Shown piece after piece: positions 11,709 through 26,846 of a stretch of DNA of 64,000 nt. The translations under genes were made by a program, and so were the position numbers. The notes below the pieces were generated by a model. That model was not told the origin of the DNA. It was given only the letters and a program-made list of their open reading frames with translations, and made no database searches. Location of the stretch: assembly GCF_009914755.1 (NCBI RefSeq), contig NC_060925.1. One strand, 5' to 3'. Numbering within the stretch: position 1 is the stretch's first letter; the number at the start of each line of letters is the position of its first letter. The DNA is from the human T2T-CHM13v2.0 reference genome, Homo sapiens.

Positions 11709-12197
11709 GAGCAGCTGTGGAATTAGGAAGGGGAAGTAGGATAGGGGACACGATTACGTTCCTAAGTGAAGGTTTCAAGCTGGGCTTTGCAGGGGGTATA
11801 ATTAGTATGGTCACTGTGTCTTGTAGGATGTTTGGCTCCTTGGTGATAGAGCTTGCCAAAATGGTGTCCTTTGATAAGGAGGGCTGGGGGGCAGGGAGTT
11901 GAAGAAATTCCCTTGCCAGGCTTGGGGATCTGTAAACATTTCCATTAATCAACAAGTGTGTACTAATCCCGAGTCTTACATTGCGATGCCTCACTATCCC
12001 CACAGCCCCATCCCTACCTCTCTGCCCACCAGGGCTGAGCTCAAATCTGTGTGTTGTGGACCTCTGCATAGGCCCCAAGGGAGGGAGACTGAGGCTCAGC
12101 CTGGGACTCAGCAGGGCAGGTGATCAGGCTCCCGGCCAGCTGGAGCCAGAGGGGGACGGGGCATCCTTGGCCCCCGTGCTGTGTGCAGAACAGAGGG

Positions 12198-12509
<312 letters not shown>

Positions 12510-12513
12510 CTAC

Positions 12514-12630
12514 CTTGCTTTTGACGCTTTCCTGGTCGTCGTATCCTACCCACTGGTTGCCCTTGGTGGCATAGGGGACCTGCTGGCCGAGGATTCTATG
12601 GACTGTGGCTCCGCGGAGGAAGTCACAGAT
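12514..12630 (-). CDS. CHI3L1: CHI3L1 coding exon 9
   Basis: [39 protein letters not shown]; AG/GT flanks. Confidence 0.95.
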
Positions 12631-13201
12631 CTGAGCAGATAACAGGGAAAAGGCAGTGTGGGGAGTCGTGCCGAGACCTTGCAGGTCACCAGGAGACGCC
12701 ACTCTCCAAATCTCTTTTAGCTCCTGCTCCATCCTGCAGCCTCACTCTCTGCAGGGTCTGCAGGCTGCATGCATCACACAAGTTTATACAAACCAGAGGC
12801 AAATGACCCAGAGATGGTGGCTGCCTTGGCCCTGCTTAGCTTCTTCCATTTAAACAGAGATGTGAGGCCTGCTGGTTGACACTGAGGACAGGCCCAAGGC
12901 CACACAGAGTAGCAGAGGCTAGAGTGAAACAAAAAATCTGCCTCTTGACCTCTGCTCTTTCCTGGGCTGGAAGGAAGACCTCAGCCCCATAGCCAGAGGG
13001 CTATCCCAGGTGCCTAGTGGTGCAGGCCCATGTGCCTGTACCTGCTGGAGATTTTCAGCAACAAATGTCCTAACCTCTCCCTTCCACTTCCTCAGGCATG
13101 CTGGGGCAACCGGACATTTTCTTTATTCCCAAAGGAGAAAAAGCAAGAACGTGGTGGGGAATCACCTTCCCCAGGGCTGCTGGTGGTGTGGGGGAATCCT
13201 A

Positions 13202-13438
<237 letters not shown>

Positions 13439-13914
13439 TTAGTGCACAGGTGCGGAAGGTTGAGCAATTAATACTGCTGCCTTAGCAGGGGTTATTGGTG
13501 TATGGTGCACTGGGGATTCCCCTGTCCCTCCGGGAACGGATCATGTCACTTTAAAGTGAATTTTACAGTTTCATTCTTGAAAAAAATCCTTTGAGGCATA
13601 GGAAGGGGCTATTACTATTTGACAGATGCAGAAATCAGGTGGTTGGCTCTGAGGGCACAATGACTCCTACCTCCTCGGCTCCCAGCCTCTCCCCATTCGG
13701 CCCCCTGCCCTCACTCCATTTACCCTGCAGATCACCTTCCCAGAGCAACGCAGCATGCCCAGACTTTGGGCCTCAGTTTCCTTATCTGTGGAATGGGCCT
13801 CATGACCCCCCTCTTGCAGGACTGTACTGAGGGCTAGAGAGATTGGTGTGTGAGCACTGGCAGATGGCAGGTCTTGCGGCCCCCTCCTGGCCCTCCCTCC
13901 TTCTGGGAACTCAC

Positions 13915-14038
13915 AGTGTTGCTGAATCTGTCAGGACTTGCATCCTCCTGACCTCGGAACAGGGGACTGTGATGGCCTGTGGTCCCACGCCAGGCTCCAT
14001 GAAAATCGTAGGTCATGATGCTAATGAAATCCAGGTGT
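13915..14038 (-). CDS. CHI3L1: CHI3L1 coding exon 7
   Basis: [41 protein letters not shown]; AG/GT flanks. Confidence 0.95.
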
Positions 14039-14093
14039 CTGAGGAGGAAGGGGATGGAGGGTGAGGCAGGAAATTATTAATAGAAAAGCTTTA

Positions 14094-14372
14094 GGCCGGG
14101 CGTGGTGGCTCATACCTGGAATCCCAGCACTTTGGGAGGCCGAGGCAGGTGGATCATGAGGTGAGGAGTTCAAGACCAGCCTGGCCAAGATGGTGAAACC
14201 CCGTCTCTACTCTAACTACGAAAATTAGCCAGGCATGGTGGCAGGCACCTGTAATCCCAGCTACTCGGGAGGCTGAGGCAGGAGAATCGCTTGAACCCAG
14301 GCGGCAGAGGTTGTGCCACTGCACTCCGGCCTGGGCAACAGAGTGAGATTTTGTCTCAAAAAAAAGTAAGAA
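14094..14372 (+). mobile_element. AluS with short right-arm deletion
   Basis: ggccgggcgtggtggctca...A-tail; TSD agaaaagcttt at 14082-14092 and 14373-14383. Confidence 0.92.
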
Positions 14373-15287
14373 AGAAAAGCTTTTGGGCTCCTATTTAAGG
14401 CTCCAGCAGGATGTGAACGAGGGAAGCAGACAGCAGCCAGACAGGCCACTAGCCCTAACCCCAGCAGTCCCCAGTGACCTCGGTCCCCATTGCTGGCACA
14501 CCTCCCTGTGCCACTCCAGGGCAGGGGCTCAGGGTCCCACAAGGGCACTTCAGTCAAGAATGGGTCTTCTGTTATGCCCAGCACACATTTGGGAGCTGGC
14601 CTACAGCCCACCTTACCCCCACCACTTCTGCCAGGCTTATCTTAGTGAAAGCAGATTAAAAGTAGCATCAACAGACAGCCTGGCGGGGAAAGAGCAGGAC
14701 CAAAGGATGACCTGAACCTAAGATGACTGGGGTGGGAGGAGGTTTTGCACACCCGCACCGGTGAGCCCACTGGGGGTGGATTGCATGAATACGGGTATGT
14801 GGGGCAAATGGTTGACATCCACCTGTTTCCCACCCTCTAAAGAATCCATTTAATTAAGCACTGAGTTTACACCTCCCTGGGATCCTAAAGAAAGCTCTGA
14901 AGTCATTTTGAAGAGTCTTTGTTCCTTACTCCTGGGTTTCCCGAGACCCATGGCTCTGCTCTCAGGAGAGATGAGGCTGCTTGGCTGTTCCTTGTTCCTC
15001 ACAGGCATGAGGGGTGGGGTGAGGATGAGGCGTGGGGCCAACAGGAAAGAGGGAGGCCTGTGTGTATGAGAGAGCCTTGAGGACTCCCCAGCACTCTAGA
15101 AAGAGGCTGCTGTGTGGCCTCTCCAGGGCCCAGCACTCTGCTCTGCCTGGTGTGGAGAAAATACTCTGCAATAGCTGGAGGGTTTGAATAGCTTTTTCCA
15201 CTTCCCTTTCCAAAATACTTTCATAGCAGCTCTCTCAACTGCTCAGCCAACAGCCCAGGTGAAAAAGGAAAGGCAAGGATTGTTATG

Positions 15288-15395
15288 CCTCATTTGACAG
15301 ATGGGGAAACTGAGGCACAGGGCAGGGAAGTGACTTGCTCAAGGTCACACATCAAGGCTTTGGAAGAACTGGGACTGGAAGCCCAGTGTCCTCAG
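15288..15395 (-). mobile_element. MIR
   Basis: catttgacagatggggaaactgaggcacag...gtgacttgctcaaggtcacac, the MIR core. Confidence 0.75.
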
Positions 15396-15482
15396 TCTAC
15401 ATGGAGTGCTAGGGCTGGGGGTGGCGGGGAAACAGGAGTGTTGGCAGAGGTTCTGGGGAGGCTGCCTGGGGCAGGAGACTCA

Positions 15483-15605
<123 letters not shown>

Positions 15606-16306
15606 CTAGATGGGAGACAGGCAGGTGAGAGAAAGGGTCCCAAGTGGCATGAGAGGTAGACTCATCGAGGGCGGACTAGGTCTCTGCGCAACCCATTTGC
15701 TGTACTCCCCAACCTGCCTGGGGCCTAGTGGAAGTGATAAAGTGGCTCATCAGTGGTCCCATCCTCAAGTCACCCATCCTTTTCCTAAAAAACTGACTAA
15801 TTTTCTCCCCAAACCCATGCACACCCATCAGCACTCAATTACTCCCTGTCCTGGAGGGAGCATCGGACAGTGGGTGACCCCTATTGGCCCACAGATGACT
15901 TTGGGAGACATTTGCCTTTCGGTCTGTGCTTTGTTCTAGCTGGTACATGAAATCCCAAAGTTAAAGTGATTGCTGCTGGTATTGTGAACAATTTGTTTAG
16001 ACTCTCCTTCTGCCCCTGGTAACTGGAGATACTTAGGCTGCCCCCAGGCAGAGCTGAGAGCTGCTGGACACAGTGCATGCTGGGTATGGGTGGCATCAGT
16101 ATGGGATTGAAGGGTGGGCAATGGGCAATGCACTAAGTGGGTAGTTATAAGTGGGTGCTCTGCTCAGTCACAACCTTCCACCTCTTAGAACCCCATTCCC
16201 ACCTCCCACCATGGTCACAAGAAGCCTTCCTTGCTATGTGAGATCTTCAGGGCACAGGGTCCCAGGACACTGCCCTGAGGCTGAAGTCCCTCTTTACCTG
16301 TCCTCA

Positions 16307-16573
<267 letters not shown>

Positions 16574-16699
16574 TCAGCACTGATATGCTAGGTGCCTTGG
16601 GCCTCTGGTGGGGTTTCCAGGACCTGCAGAGCTGGGATCCTGAGGCCACACAGCTCTGGGAGGGCATGATTGGGACAGGGGTCGCCTCCAGGCATGCAT

Positions 16700-16860
16700 G
16701 TGCCTTAGAGCCAGGCATTCCAGGTTTCCAAGTCTGGCTCTATCACTTACTAGCCAGCCACTGTGAAAGGTTATAACCTGAGTCTCAGTTTCATCATCTG
16801 TAAAATGGGGACAAATATAACAGCTCACCTTGCTGTTGTGAGGACAACATGGGATCATGG
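16700..16860 (+). mobile_element. MIR
   Basis: tctcagtttcatcatctgtaaaatgggga, the MIR core. Confidence 0.7.
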
Positions 16861-17327
16861 GGAGACAGGGTGCTGGACACAGAAAGAGTACCCAGCACAT
16901 GGGTGCCAACGATGGCCATAACCACCCCCATTTCAAGCCCTGCTCCAACCCCACCTAATCCAAAGACTCCTCCCAGGGTCTCCCCACTTCTCAATGTCCC
17001 CATTGGTTTCCATCTCTCTCTTTCCAGCCCTAATGGTGGTAGCCCCAGAAGTCCCATATTTTCGGGCCTGTGAGGTAGTAAATAGAGCATTGGCAGGGAA
17101 TTGGGAGATCCACTGTTAACTTGCTGTGTGACTCTTGGCAAGTCCTGCTCTCTCTCTGGGCTCTGCTTTCTTTGCTACATATCAGGCAGGCCCTTGACAA
17201 ACAGGTAGGCCTTGTACCTATCTAGTCTGGAGCCCCTGGAACATCCATACAGTGGATGGGGGAGACCCAAGCTCCTCACTCCTATGCCATCATCCTCTGC
17301 CGTCCTGCCCCTGGGGAGAGGCTCCTA

Positions 17328-17528
<201 letters not shown>

Positions 17529-17761
17529 TCATGGGAATCCCATAGAGATTCATAGTGGTGGATCTCTGAGGGGTCACAGGCTTCATGGGAGTTACTCTGA
17601 GGTCTGCTGCCCATTTTTGTTTTCCCCAGTGGAGAAGACAGAGTATGGCAAAGTAGAGTCTTGCTCATTTTCCATGCTCCCTGGAGAGCACGTTAGGGGC
17701 AGGAGAGGGTTCCCCTCTTCCAGAGGGGCTCAGCTGCGCTTCCGTCTACAGTCTCTCATCA

Positions 17762-18571
<810 letters not shown>

Positions 18572-19068
18572 TCATCCATGAGGGACTCTGGCCCACCTTT
18601 CTCTGCCTCCTGGTGAGAGTGCCTCTAACTTGTAACCCACCCGGAATGGCAGTCCTGTGCTCCCTCGGCATGTCCCCCAAGCTGGGGCACAATATCACAA
18701 TGGACCAGGAAATCCTTCCTCGCCTCTAATTCTGTTTCTCCTGCTGCAAACAATGTGGGCATCACTCATCCAAGCAGCTACTGGGCAACTGTACTAGCGG
18801 CTCCCAGGGGCTGTTAGTCAAAGCCTTCACTGAACCAGGACCTTTTAAAGTTTCTTATTTTGAGAATTTTCACATATACCAAAGAGTATAGCAAAATAAA
18901 CATCCATATACTCCTCACTCCAGTTTAGCAAACGTGACTATTTCGAAGTCATTGGAAGCACAGAAGAACCTGGCAAAGTGTTCCCTTGGAGCTAAGACCT
19001 CCTCCACACCTGCCCTGTGCCCTCGCCACGCCTCTGGACTTAAAAGTGGAGGTGGAGGGATTACTCAC

Positions 19069-19098
19069 AGCACTGGAGCAGCACCAGGACCACAAAGC
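19069..19098 (-). CDS. CHI3L1: CHI3L1 coding exon 2 (signal peptide core)
   Basis: GFVVLVLLQC; 30 nt; AG/GT flanks. Confidence 0.92.
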
Positions 19099-19351
19099 CT
19101 GAAGAGAAATCCAGGATGAGACCCCTGCAAGTGCATCCTGCCCTTCCGCCCTGCTCCCTCCCCCAAGCAACTGAGACCCACCTCCCCCACCCCCACCTCC
19201 TGGTTGCAGCCTCAGTCCCTCCCCTGGCTCTGCTTCTCCTCCCCCTCTGCCCACTCCCTTAGTCCCTCACCCAGCAGGCAGATGGCTCTGCGGGCTGTCT
19301 GGGCCTGAAAACCCACAACTCTGATGGATTAACCTTGGCTAGCCCAGATAC

Positions 19352-19376
19352 CTGTTTGAGACGCCTTCACACCCAT
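19352..19376 (-). CDS. CHI3L1: CHI3L1 coding exon 1, chitinase-3-like protein 1 (YKL-40)
   Basis: ATG GGT GTG AAG GCG TCT CAA ACA G|GT. Confidence 0.93.
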
Positions 19377-19478
19377 TCTGGCTGCAGCAGAGCAGGGCAG
19401 GGTGTGGCCTCTTCCCTTGCCCACGGCTCCTGGTGCCAGCTACCTAGACAGGGCCTCTTCCCCAGGCCCTGTACTTCC

Positions 19479-20172
19479 TTTATATACCTGTCCCACTCCA
19501 CTCCCCCACGCGGCAAACCAGCCCTTTTATGGGAACTGAGCTATGTGTCAATGAAGGAATCACGAGGCTGGCAAGTGGAGGCGGGGGAGTACTATGGATT
19601 ACCAGAGGAGGGTTGAGAAACCGCAGAGTTTTGAAAACTTTGGGTCAGGTCTTCATGAGGCACCTGCCAGCAGAAGAGCCACTAGGGTGATGATGGGGGG
19701 CTTCCGGAGATGTGACTCAGCCGCATTTCCCAGCCTTCCTCCCACTCCTGCACCCCACCACTGGCCTTTCTTGCCAGCAATTTCCTGGCTTTTCTGGCAG
19801 CCTCTACCTTTGCATCTTCAGCATTCACTCCAGGCCCCTGGCCAGGTGGAAACTGGGCACAATTTAGTTACGTAAGCCACAGTGCCCTAAACAAGGCTGT
19901 TGTTTTCTTCCCAGGCTCAGCATTGCCCTGCTTGACCTACCTTCCTACCCTCCCCCTCACACTTTCTGTCTTCAGGCTGGGTAAGGGCCAGAGAGCCTCG
20001 GGAGGAAGGAAAGCAAAGAGCCTGAAACTGAGCGCTCCCTTTTGGGCCCGTGTCTTTTTTTTTTTTTTTTTTTTTTTGCAATTTACATGCTGATTATTTA
20101 GAGGGAAAGACAGGGAAATTCCCAAGAATGCTTTAAGCCCCGGTGCTATTTTGCTTCTGTTTTGAAATTCCC
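19479..20172 (-). promoter_or_regulatory. CHI3L1: CHI3L1 promoter
   Basis: TATATAAA at 19479-19486; GC box near 19577-19588; AP-1 TGACTCA at 19713-19719; bZIP palindrome TTACGTAA at 19868-19875; NF-kB GGGAAATTCCC at 20113-20123 and TGAAATTCCC at 20163-20172. Confidence 0.75.
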
Positions 20173-21286
20173 ATAAAGAGAGAGGATCTTTTGCAAGCTC
20201 GGTGCTGCAGTGAGGCACCATGGAGGAAATACAGGCCCTACGGGGCGGCTGCACGAGCATCTGACATCAGTCAGCTCCCCAACTCTCTCAGTGAGGCTTT
20301 GGAACCCAAGCCTGATGATACAGCCCCTCTCTAAATCCTTCAGTGATCTCTCATCACTCCTAGGACAAGAACAAAACTTCTTAACGAGGCTCCCTGCCTG
20401 ATTACGTCCCTGTTTGTGGATACATTTTTTTTTTGGCCAAATATCCAGGACAACTCCATTCTTTGCAGGCTTAACATTAATTAATAGGCAGTGAGTGAAA
20501 AGTTCAGAACTCCAAGAGGCAGAATGGGTCCAAGGGCTTCTCAAGAAAGTACCTTTATTTTTCACTAATGTTAGGTAATACTCTAATTTTTCCAGGCTGG
20601 TTTTGCAGCTCTCTCGGTGAGGTGTCTCTGCTCTCTCCCTCTTCTCTCCCTCTCTCCCTTTCTCTTCCTTTAAAACTCAGCCAGTGCCTTCCCTTCATTG
20701 TAAGAGAGGTGGACAAAAAGTGGCTTGTCCAGAATCACGCTCGGTGAATACTAAAGAGGCATCACTTTTCCTTTTTAAGATGACTGCCTCCTTTTGTACC
20801 CAAGATGATTGACAGCAATGACAGTCAATGATAGCTTCTTCTGGTTCATTTGGGGCACTGAGAGGAGGACTTCTAATTTCTAATAGTGATATTATGAAGT
20901 GGCATGCAGATGCAAAATTTTTCATCACAGAGCACAGGATGTTAAGAAAACACCTCCTATTTTCACTATCTCCCTTTGTTAAAAATTATTTCATAGGCTT
21001 AGATTGGCCCAAGCCTTGTTGTCCTATGCTCCCTCAAGCTCAGTTTATTAATTCCACATGCTCTGCCTGAAGGCAGCTTTGTAACAACAAATGGCCAAGA
21101 TACCCCCAGGCCTGTGTTAGCAGGATTGGCCAAGGGTCTCATAGGCTCACCACCTCCCAGCCTTATCTCAGGCCATGACCCCCACCCTCCCTATATTCCA
21201 CTCATGCTTATATGTCTTCTTTTAAATCCTTATATTTGCTCTACTGACTCCCGCCACAGGGCCTTTATATATGACATCCACTTGCC

Positions 21287-21834
21287 TGTAAATAACGATG
21301 AAAGATCTGAGATTTTATGCTACTTGCAAATTAATGACATAACTACAGTTTCGTGGATGTTGGCAGAAGACACGAGACTCCTAGGTCAGAGACAAAGGAC
21401 TTTATTATCCATGGTACAGCAAGCAGCATGAACTTCATGTTAGGGTCAGTTCCCCTTAGCCCTCAGGTCTCACAAGGGCAGTGTTGGAGGAGCTCAGGTA
21501 GATGCCATGAATGCAATGAGTTACATCACAGCAGAGGAATCCCTAGTTTAAGGAACTCAAATCTTTCATGATGAGCAGTAAGCCTTCCTCACCTTGGCCA
21601 GCCCAAGATAAGGGAGACATTATCTTTATTACTGGACAGTAAACAAATCTGCCTTTTGGTCTGGAGGGGGGACGCTATTTCTATCTTCCAAGGCTGTTTG
21701 CTGTACAAACATCACTAAAAAGATTGCCTAGAACAAAGAAGCCAGTGCCTCTGCACATAAGCTGTGCAGGAAATGCAGGCAACCCATGGAGAATTGCGGT
21801 TGGAGAATTGCGGATGGAGAATTGCAGCCTAACA
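21287..21834 (-). mobile_element. Solo ERVL LTR (LTR40-like)
   Basis: TG...CA termini; the minus strand starts TGTTAGG..CAATTCTCCATGGG..GCAGAGGCACTG..AACAGCCTTGGAAGATAGA, resembling LTR40. Confidence 0.6.
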
Positions 21835-22029
21835 CTGCTCTTCTTTGACCGCTTTATTCTTCCTCATCCTTCAGATTGCAGCTCAGGAGTCACCTTGTCT
21901 GCAGAAAAGGCAGTCTCCAGGTGACAGAAAACCCGCTATAGGGCTGTCAGAGCACTTTGTACCTCTCTCCTTAACACCTGACTCAGTTATAATTTTATAT
22001 GTTGTGTGTGGCAGTGGATGTTTTGTTTG

Positions 22030-22155
22030 CCTCTCTCACTAGACTATAAACTCAGTAAAGGCAACGGCTGGGTCATTTTATCCACCTTTGTATCTATCCC
22101 CAGTGCTTGAGACATAGTAGATGCTCAGTAAAGTACTCGTTGAATAAATGAACAA
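22030..22155 (+). mobile_element. L2 3' end
   Basis: ctagactataaactc...catagtagatgctcagtaa...gttgaataaatgaa. Confidence 0.65.
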
Positions 22156-23207
22156 ATGATCTCAAAATGGTGCATAACTTCACACTCTTATGAGTTTAAA
22201 CCCTGATGTTCTCAAAATTTCATCTCATTCAATAGTTTTTGTTACCCTGTGAAGAACTGACTCAGGAGGTGCCATAAAACCACAAAACAAGCTTCCTGAC
22301 TTAATTTCCCTAATCAAACATTTCTAGGCCCCACAGTACATTGATAGTGTTCAACCAATGTTTATTAAGTAAGTGTACTAGAGTAGTTGCCTTCCACTGA
22401 GGTAGACAGTAGAGACAGAAAGGTGAATGGGAACAGAGAGGCAGTCCCTGTCCTCATGAAGCATACAGTCTGGCAAAGAAGATGGACATTAAACAAAGAA
22501 AAGCAAGTAATGTATTACGAAGGAAGGGCAGGTGTTAGTCTGCCCCTTGCCCACCGTCCCCTACACACAAAAAAAATTGTGCAAAAACCTGGGGCAGGAA
22601 GAGGTTGTTATGTTCAGGAACCAGAAGAATTCAAGAGTGGTTGAGGCATGGAATTAGCAGGAGGGAGCTCGAGGGAGGCACAAGATGAGTCTGGATCAGG
22701 AGCCAGAGGGTGGACATTACCACCATTCAGAAAACAAGCTCCTGGGAGCCTGGGCTGGCCCCTTGGGCACAGTGGTTTTGAGGATTCCTTCATTTTGCAT
22801 GGCATGTCAGAGCAAACAGAGGTGGTGTTGATGCCCCACCAAATGCTTGAGGAGAATTCTCTCTTTTACAAGTAGTCTCTTCCTCCAGAGGGTGGACTTC
22901 TGCCAGGCAGGAATTCAAATCATCTCCAAATCCTCAGCTCGGTGGTGGTGCTGGCGCACAGTAGAAGCTGTCGAAGACTCAGAGGCAGAAACACTTAGAG
23001 AAGAAAACAGTTGCTTGTGAAAAGCGGAAGCGAGTCAGATTTCAGAATGGCTGGCTCGTCAAATGCAAAATGCAACAAGTATTTGAAGGGGAAAAAAAAA
23101 ATGACCCAAGGTTATCACGTTTGGTGGAGATCAGCATCATTTTTACAACACATCTTCACTTATCAGCATAGCAAAAATCAGGGATGAAATTGTTTTTTTC
23201 GGGGAAT

Positions 23208-23367
23208 TTTTTTTCTTTTTGAGACAGAGTCTCACTCTGTCACCCAGGCTGGAGTGCAGTGGCGTGATCTGGGCTCACTGCAGCTTCGACCTTCTGGGCT
23301 CAAGCCATCCTCCTGCCTCAGCCTCCCAAAGTGTTGGGATCAATGGCGTGTGCAACCACACCCAGCT
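23208..23367 (-). mobile_element. Alu monomer (FRAM/FAM-like)
   Basis: Single Alu arm with a poly-T tail, flanked by gggaat at 23202 and 23368. Confidence 0.85.
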
Positions 23368-23900
23368 GGGAATCCAAATTTATGGGAAATAGCCAAGGCT
23401 TATTATTTTGGTGTCTTAAACCACTCAGGATAACCTATTATTCTTGGCTTATCTCCAGATGCAAATTATTCCCATCCCCACCCCGCAGTGGTACTTGGTC
23501 ATGAATGAAGCCAGTAGAGTGAAGAGTTGGGCTTTGCGTCTACGGATTTTCCTTCCTTGTGGGCAAGTCCTTGCTATTGAGGCATGGGTTGAACCGTATA
23601 TGTTGCTTAATAACTTCCTGATGCAGCATCATCAAATTGATATTTTGTTTTATTTGACCAAAATTTATTTCTATTGACATAACAGGAGGTGTTGATGAAA
23701 TAAATACTTTCTTTTTGTATGGCTAGCGAAACCAGAGCCACATGATATTGATGCTTTACAGTGAGCTTCTGTCTGGAGGCTTTGTAAAGCCCCTAGGGCT
23801 GGGAAGAAATTACTTTTATGTGTGAAGTATTATATCAGCACCATTTTCTCTAAGATTCCCATATGTGTTAATATTCCTAGACTGCCAGGAAATGTAGGTT

Positions 23901-23943
<43 letters not shown>

Positions 23944-23947
23944 TTTT
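23901..23947. repeat. (TTTA)n microsatellite
   Basis: About 11 tandem ttat/attt units. Confidence 0.95.
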
Positions 23948-24069
23948 ACTACCTCTAAGGCTGCAATGTCATCAGTTCTAAAGCCATACCAGAGTTTTCT
24001 AGAGGACTTCATAGGTGTCATTTCCACATGTAAAATGTAGTCTTTATTCCTTAATAGTGGCTTATCATA

Positions 24070-24545
24070 TAACAAAAATTCTTTGCTTGGCCAAATTTCA
24101 GGCGGGCTTCTGAATCTTCTCCTAGGCCCATCTGTGCACTTCCTTGTAAAATCCAGTTTTAGCAAAGAGCCCTGCTAAGTCAATTTAGCAAGAACCCCCT
24201 ACCCTCAACATCTGAATACCTTGACATCTGACCAGGTTCCTTGTCCTTTATCATGCCCCAGGGGATGTCTGACCACCCTGGCCTGTCTGCAGCAAGAATC
24301 CTGTTAAGTCTGTTTAGCCAGAATCCCCCTTACTCCTGTTTCCTCTTAGTAACTTCTGTCTACAGACCCCCTGGTCCTTAGCTACTGATTTCCACTTGCC
24401 CATGCTGTATTTAGAGTTGAGCCCAATCTCTCCCCCCAACTGCAAGACCCCATTGCCCTGGTTCCTGTACCTGTCATAATGATCTTGGATAAAGACATCC
24501 TTACATACTTCAACAAGTGGCATTGGATAATTTTTTTCTTTAACA
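24070..24545 (+). mobile_element. Solo ERV1 LTR (MER31A-like)
   Basis: 4-bp TSD cata at 24066-24069 and 24546-24549; ctcctaggcccatctgtgcacttccttgtaaaatccagttttagcaaaga matches MER31A. Confidence 0.8.
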
Positions 24546-24761
24546 CATACCTAATTAAATGGAATTTTGGCATGGTCAGTATCCAATTATTTTCTGGTAA
24601 GAAAAAGGACAGATTCTCATTGGATCTATATAAATAACATGATCATAAACATTCATTCTATCTAGAAGTGAATAAGCTATATTAATTTGGTTCCAATTTT
24701 CCCCCTCAAATGTATAACATAGGATATTTGATCATAAAAAGTAAAGGAACTTGTAAAAGCA

Positions 24762-25645
24762 TGGGTAAGAGGAGAAAACATAAACTGTGCTTGTTCTGTT
24801 CTCTCACTCAACACAATGACCACCATCAACACAGGAGACTTCTGCCACCAAATGTGTGGGTCTCTCCCCATCACCAAGCAAGCATTTGCAATGGACACCA
24901 GCTGGGTGTCCTCCAGTTCAATTCTGATGCTCTCGGCCTGCAGAGAGCATCAGATCCCACAGGTTGAGGGCTCATTCCTACAAGACTGCCGCCCCTTCAG
25001 GCATCAACCACAAGTCTGGGCCTCTGGAACTTTTGACTGACCAGCTTCAAGTTGGGGTTCCCACATTCACCTCTTTAGGTTTAATTTGTTAGAGAGGTTC
25101 ACAGAACTCAGGGAAACACATTTACCGGTGCATTATAAAAGATATTACAAAGTACACAGATGCTGAGATACACAGGGCGAGGTATGGGGAAGGGGCTTGG
25201 AGCGTCCATGCCCTCCTTGGGGGTGCCGCTCTCCAGGAACCTCCACATGCTCAGCTACCTGGAAGTGCTCTGTACCCAGTCATCGTGGGCCTTTATGGAG
25301 ACTTCACTGGGTAGTCATGATTGACAACCATGTAGAAATGTGATTGGACAAGAAGGGTGTGGTCTAATACTAATAGACGCAATAGGGAAACCCAGCAAGG
25401 GCTGTCTGTTCAGATTCTTATTGGCCTCTATGCAGCATTCCTTCTTTCAGGGAACTGGGCAAGACTCTCTTTTGAAACAGGGGTCTTATGACCTACAATC
25501 CGACAAGGTAGGTCAGGGGATTTCTTTATGACCAGAGAAGGGGAAAGGTTAGAGTATATTTTTATTGTCTAAGGCCTGCTTCTGAGGCCTAAGACATCCC
25601 AACATTAAACACAAGATTGTTACAAGGGCTGCGGGAGTTATGAGT
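24762..25645 (-). mobile_element. MER21-type LTR
   Basis: ggacaccagctgggtgtcctc..ttcaattctga..catcagatcccacaggttgagggctca..cagaactcagggaaacac, characteristic of MER21. Confidence 0.7.
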
Positions 25646-25974
25646 ACTGTTCTGTAGACAAGTCCGATCAATACAGGTCATTATAATCTGATCAGGCTGT
25701 ACAGTGAACTTCTGTCCGGAGGCTTTGTAAAGCCCTTAGGGCTAGGAAGAAATTGCTTTTATGTGTGAAGTATTATATCAGTGCTATTTTCTTTAAGATT
25801 GCCATGTTTGTTAATATTCCTAGCCTGCCAGGAAATGCAGGGTTTTTTTCTTCTTTTAAAATTGTCCTGATGATATATTAGTTTATAATCTATATTAAGA
25901 TTTCCCATGGGATTTTTTTTCCTTTTGAAATTTGAAAGTTCAAGTGGGACTAAGTGACATTTAAGGAGTGCGCC

Positions 25975-26130
25975 CATGTGCTGTACGTATAAAAACCAAC
26001 ACTGGATTTGAAGACATAGGTTGGAAAAAAGAAAGGTTAGCTATCTCATTAATAATTTATAGATTGACTACATGTTGAAATGTTAATATTGTGGGTATAT
26101 TGGGTCAAATAAAATATATTATTAAAATCT
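25975..26130. mobile_element. MER33-like hAT fragment
   Basis: tatctcattaataattt..tacatgttgaaatg..tattgggtcaaataaaatatattattaaaat. Confidence 0.65.
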
Positions 26131-26310
26131 TTTTAAAAAGAGTGCCTTACTCCAGTATGTGTAGGTATAATATGTTAAATTGAAAATGAGAGATAGAGTA
26201 AGCAGATTTTTTTCTGATATTAATTAAAATATAATATCGATCATAATGAAACCAACACTTATTTCACTTAGTCCTAGGTAATTCATTTTTGTTTTGTTGG
26301 TCTTGGGTTA

Positions 26311-26846
<536 letters not shown>

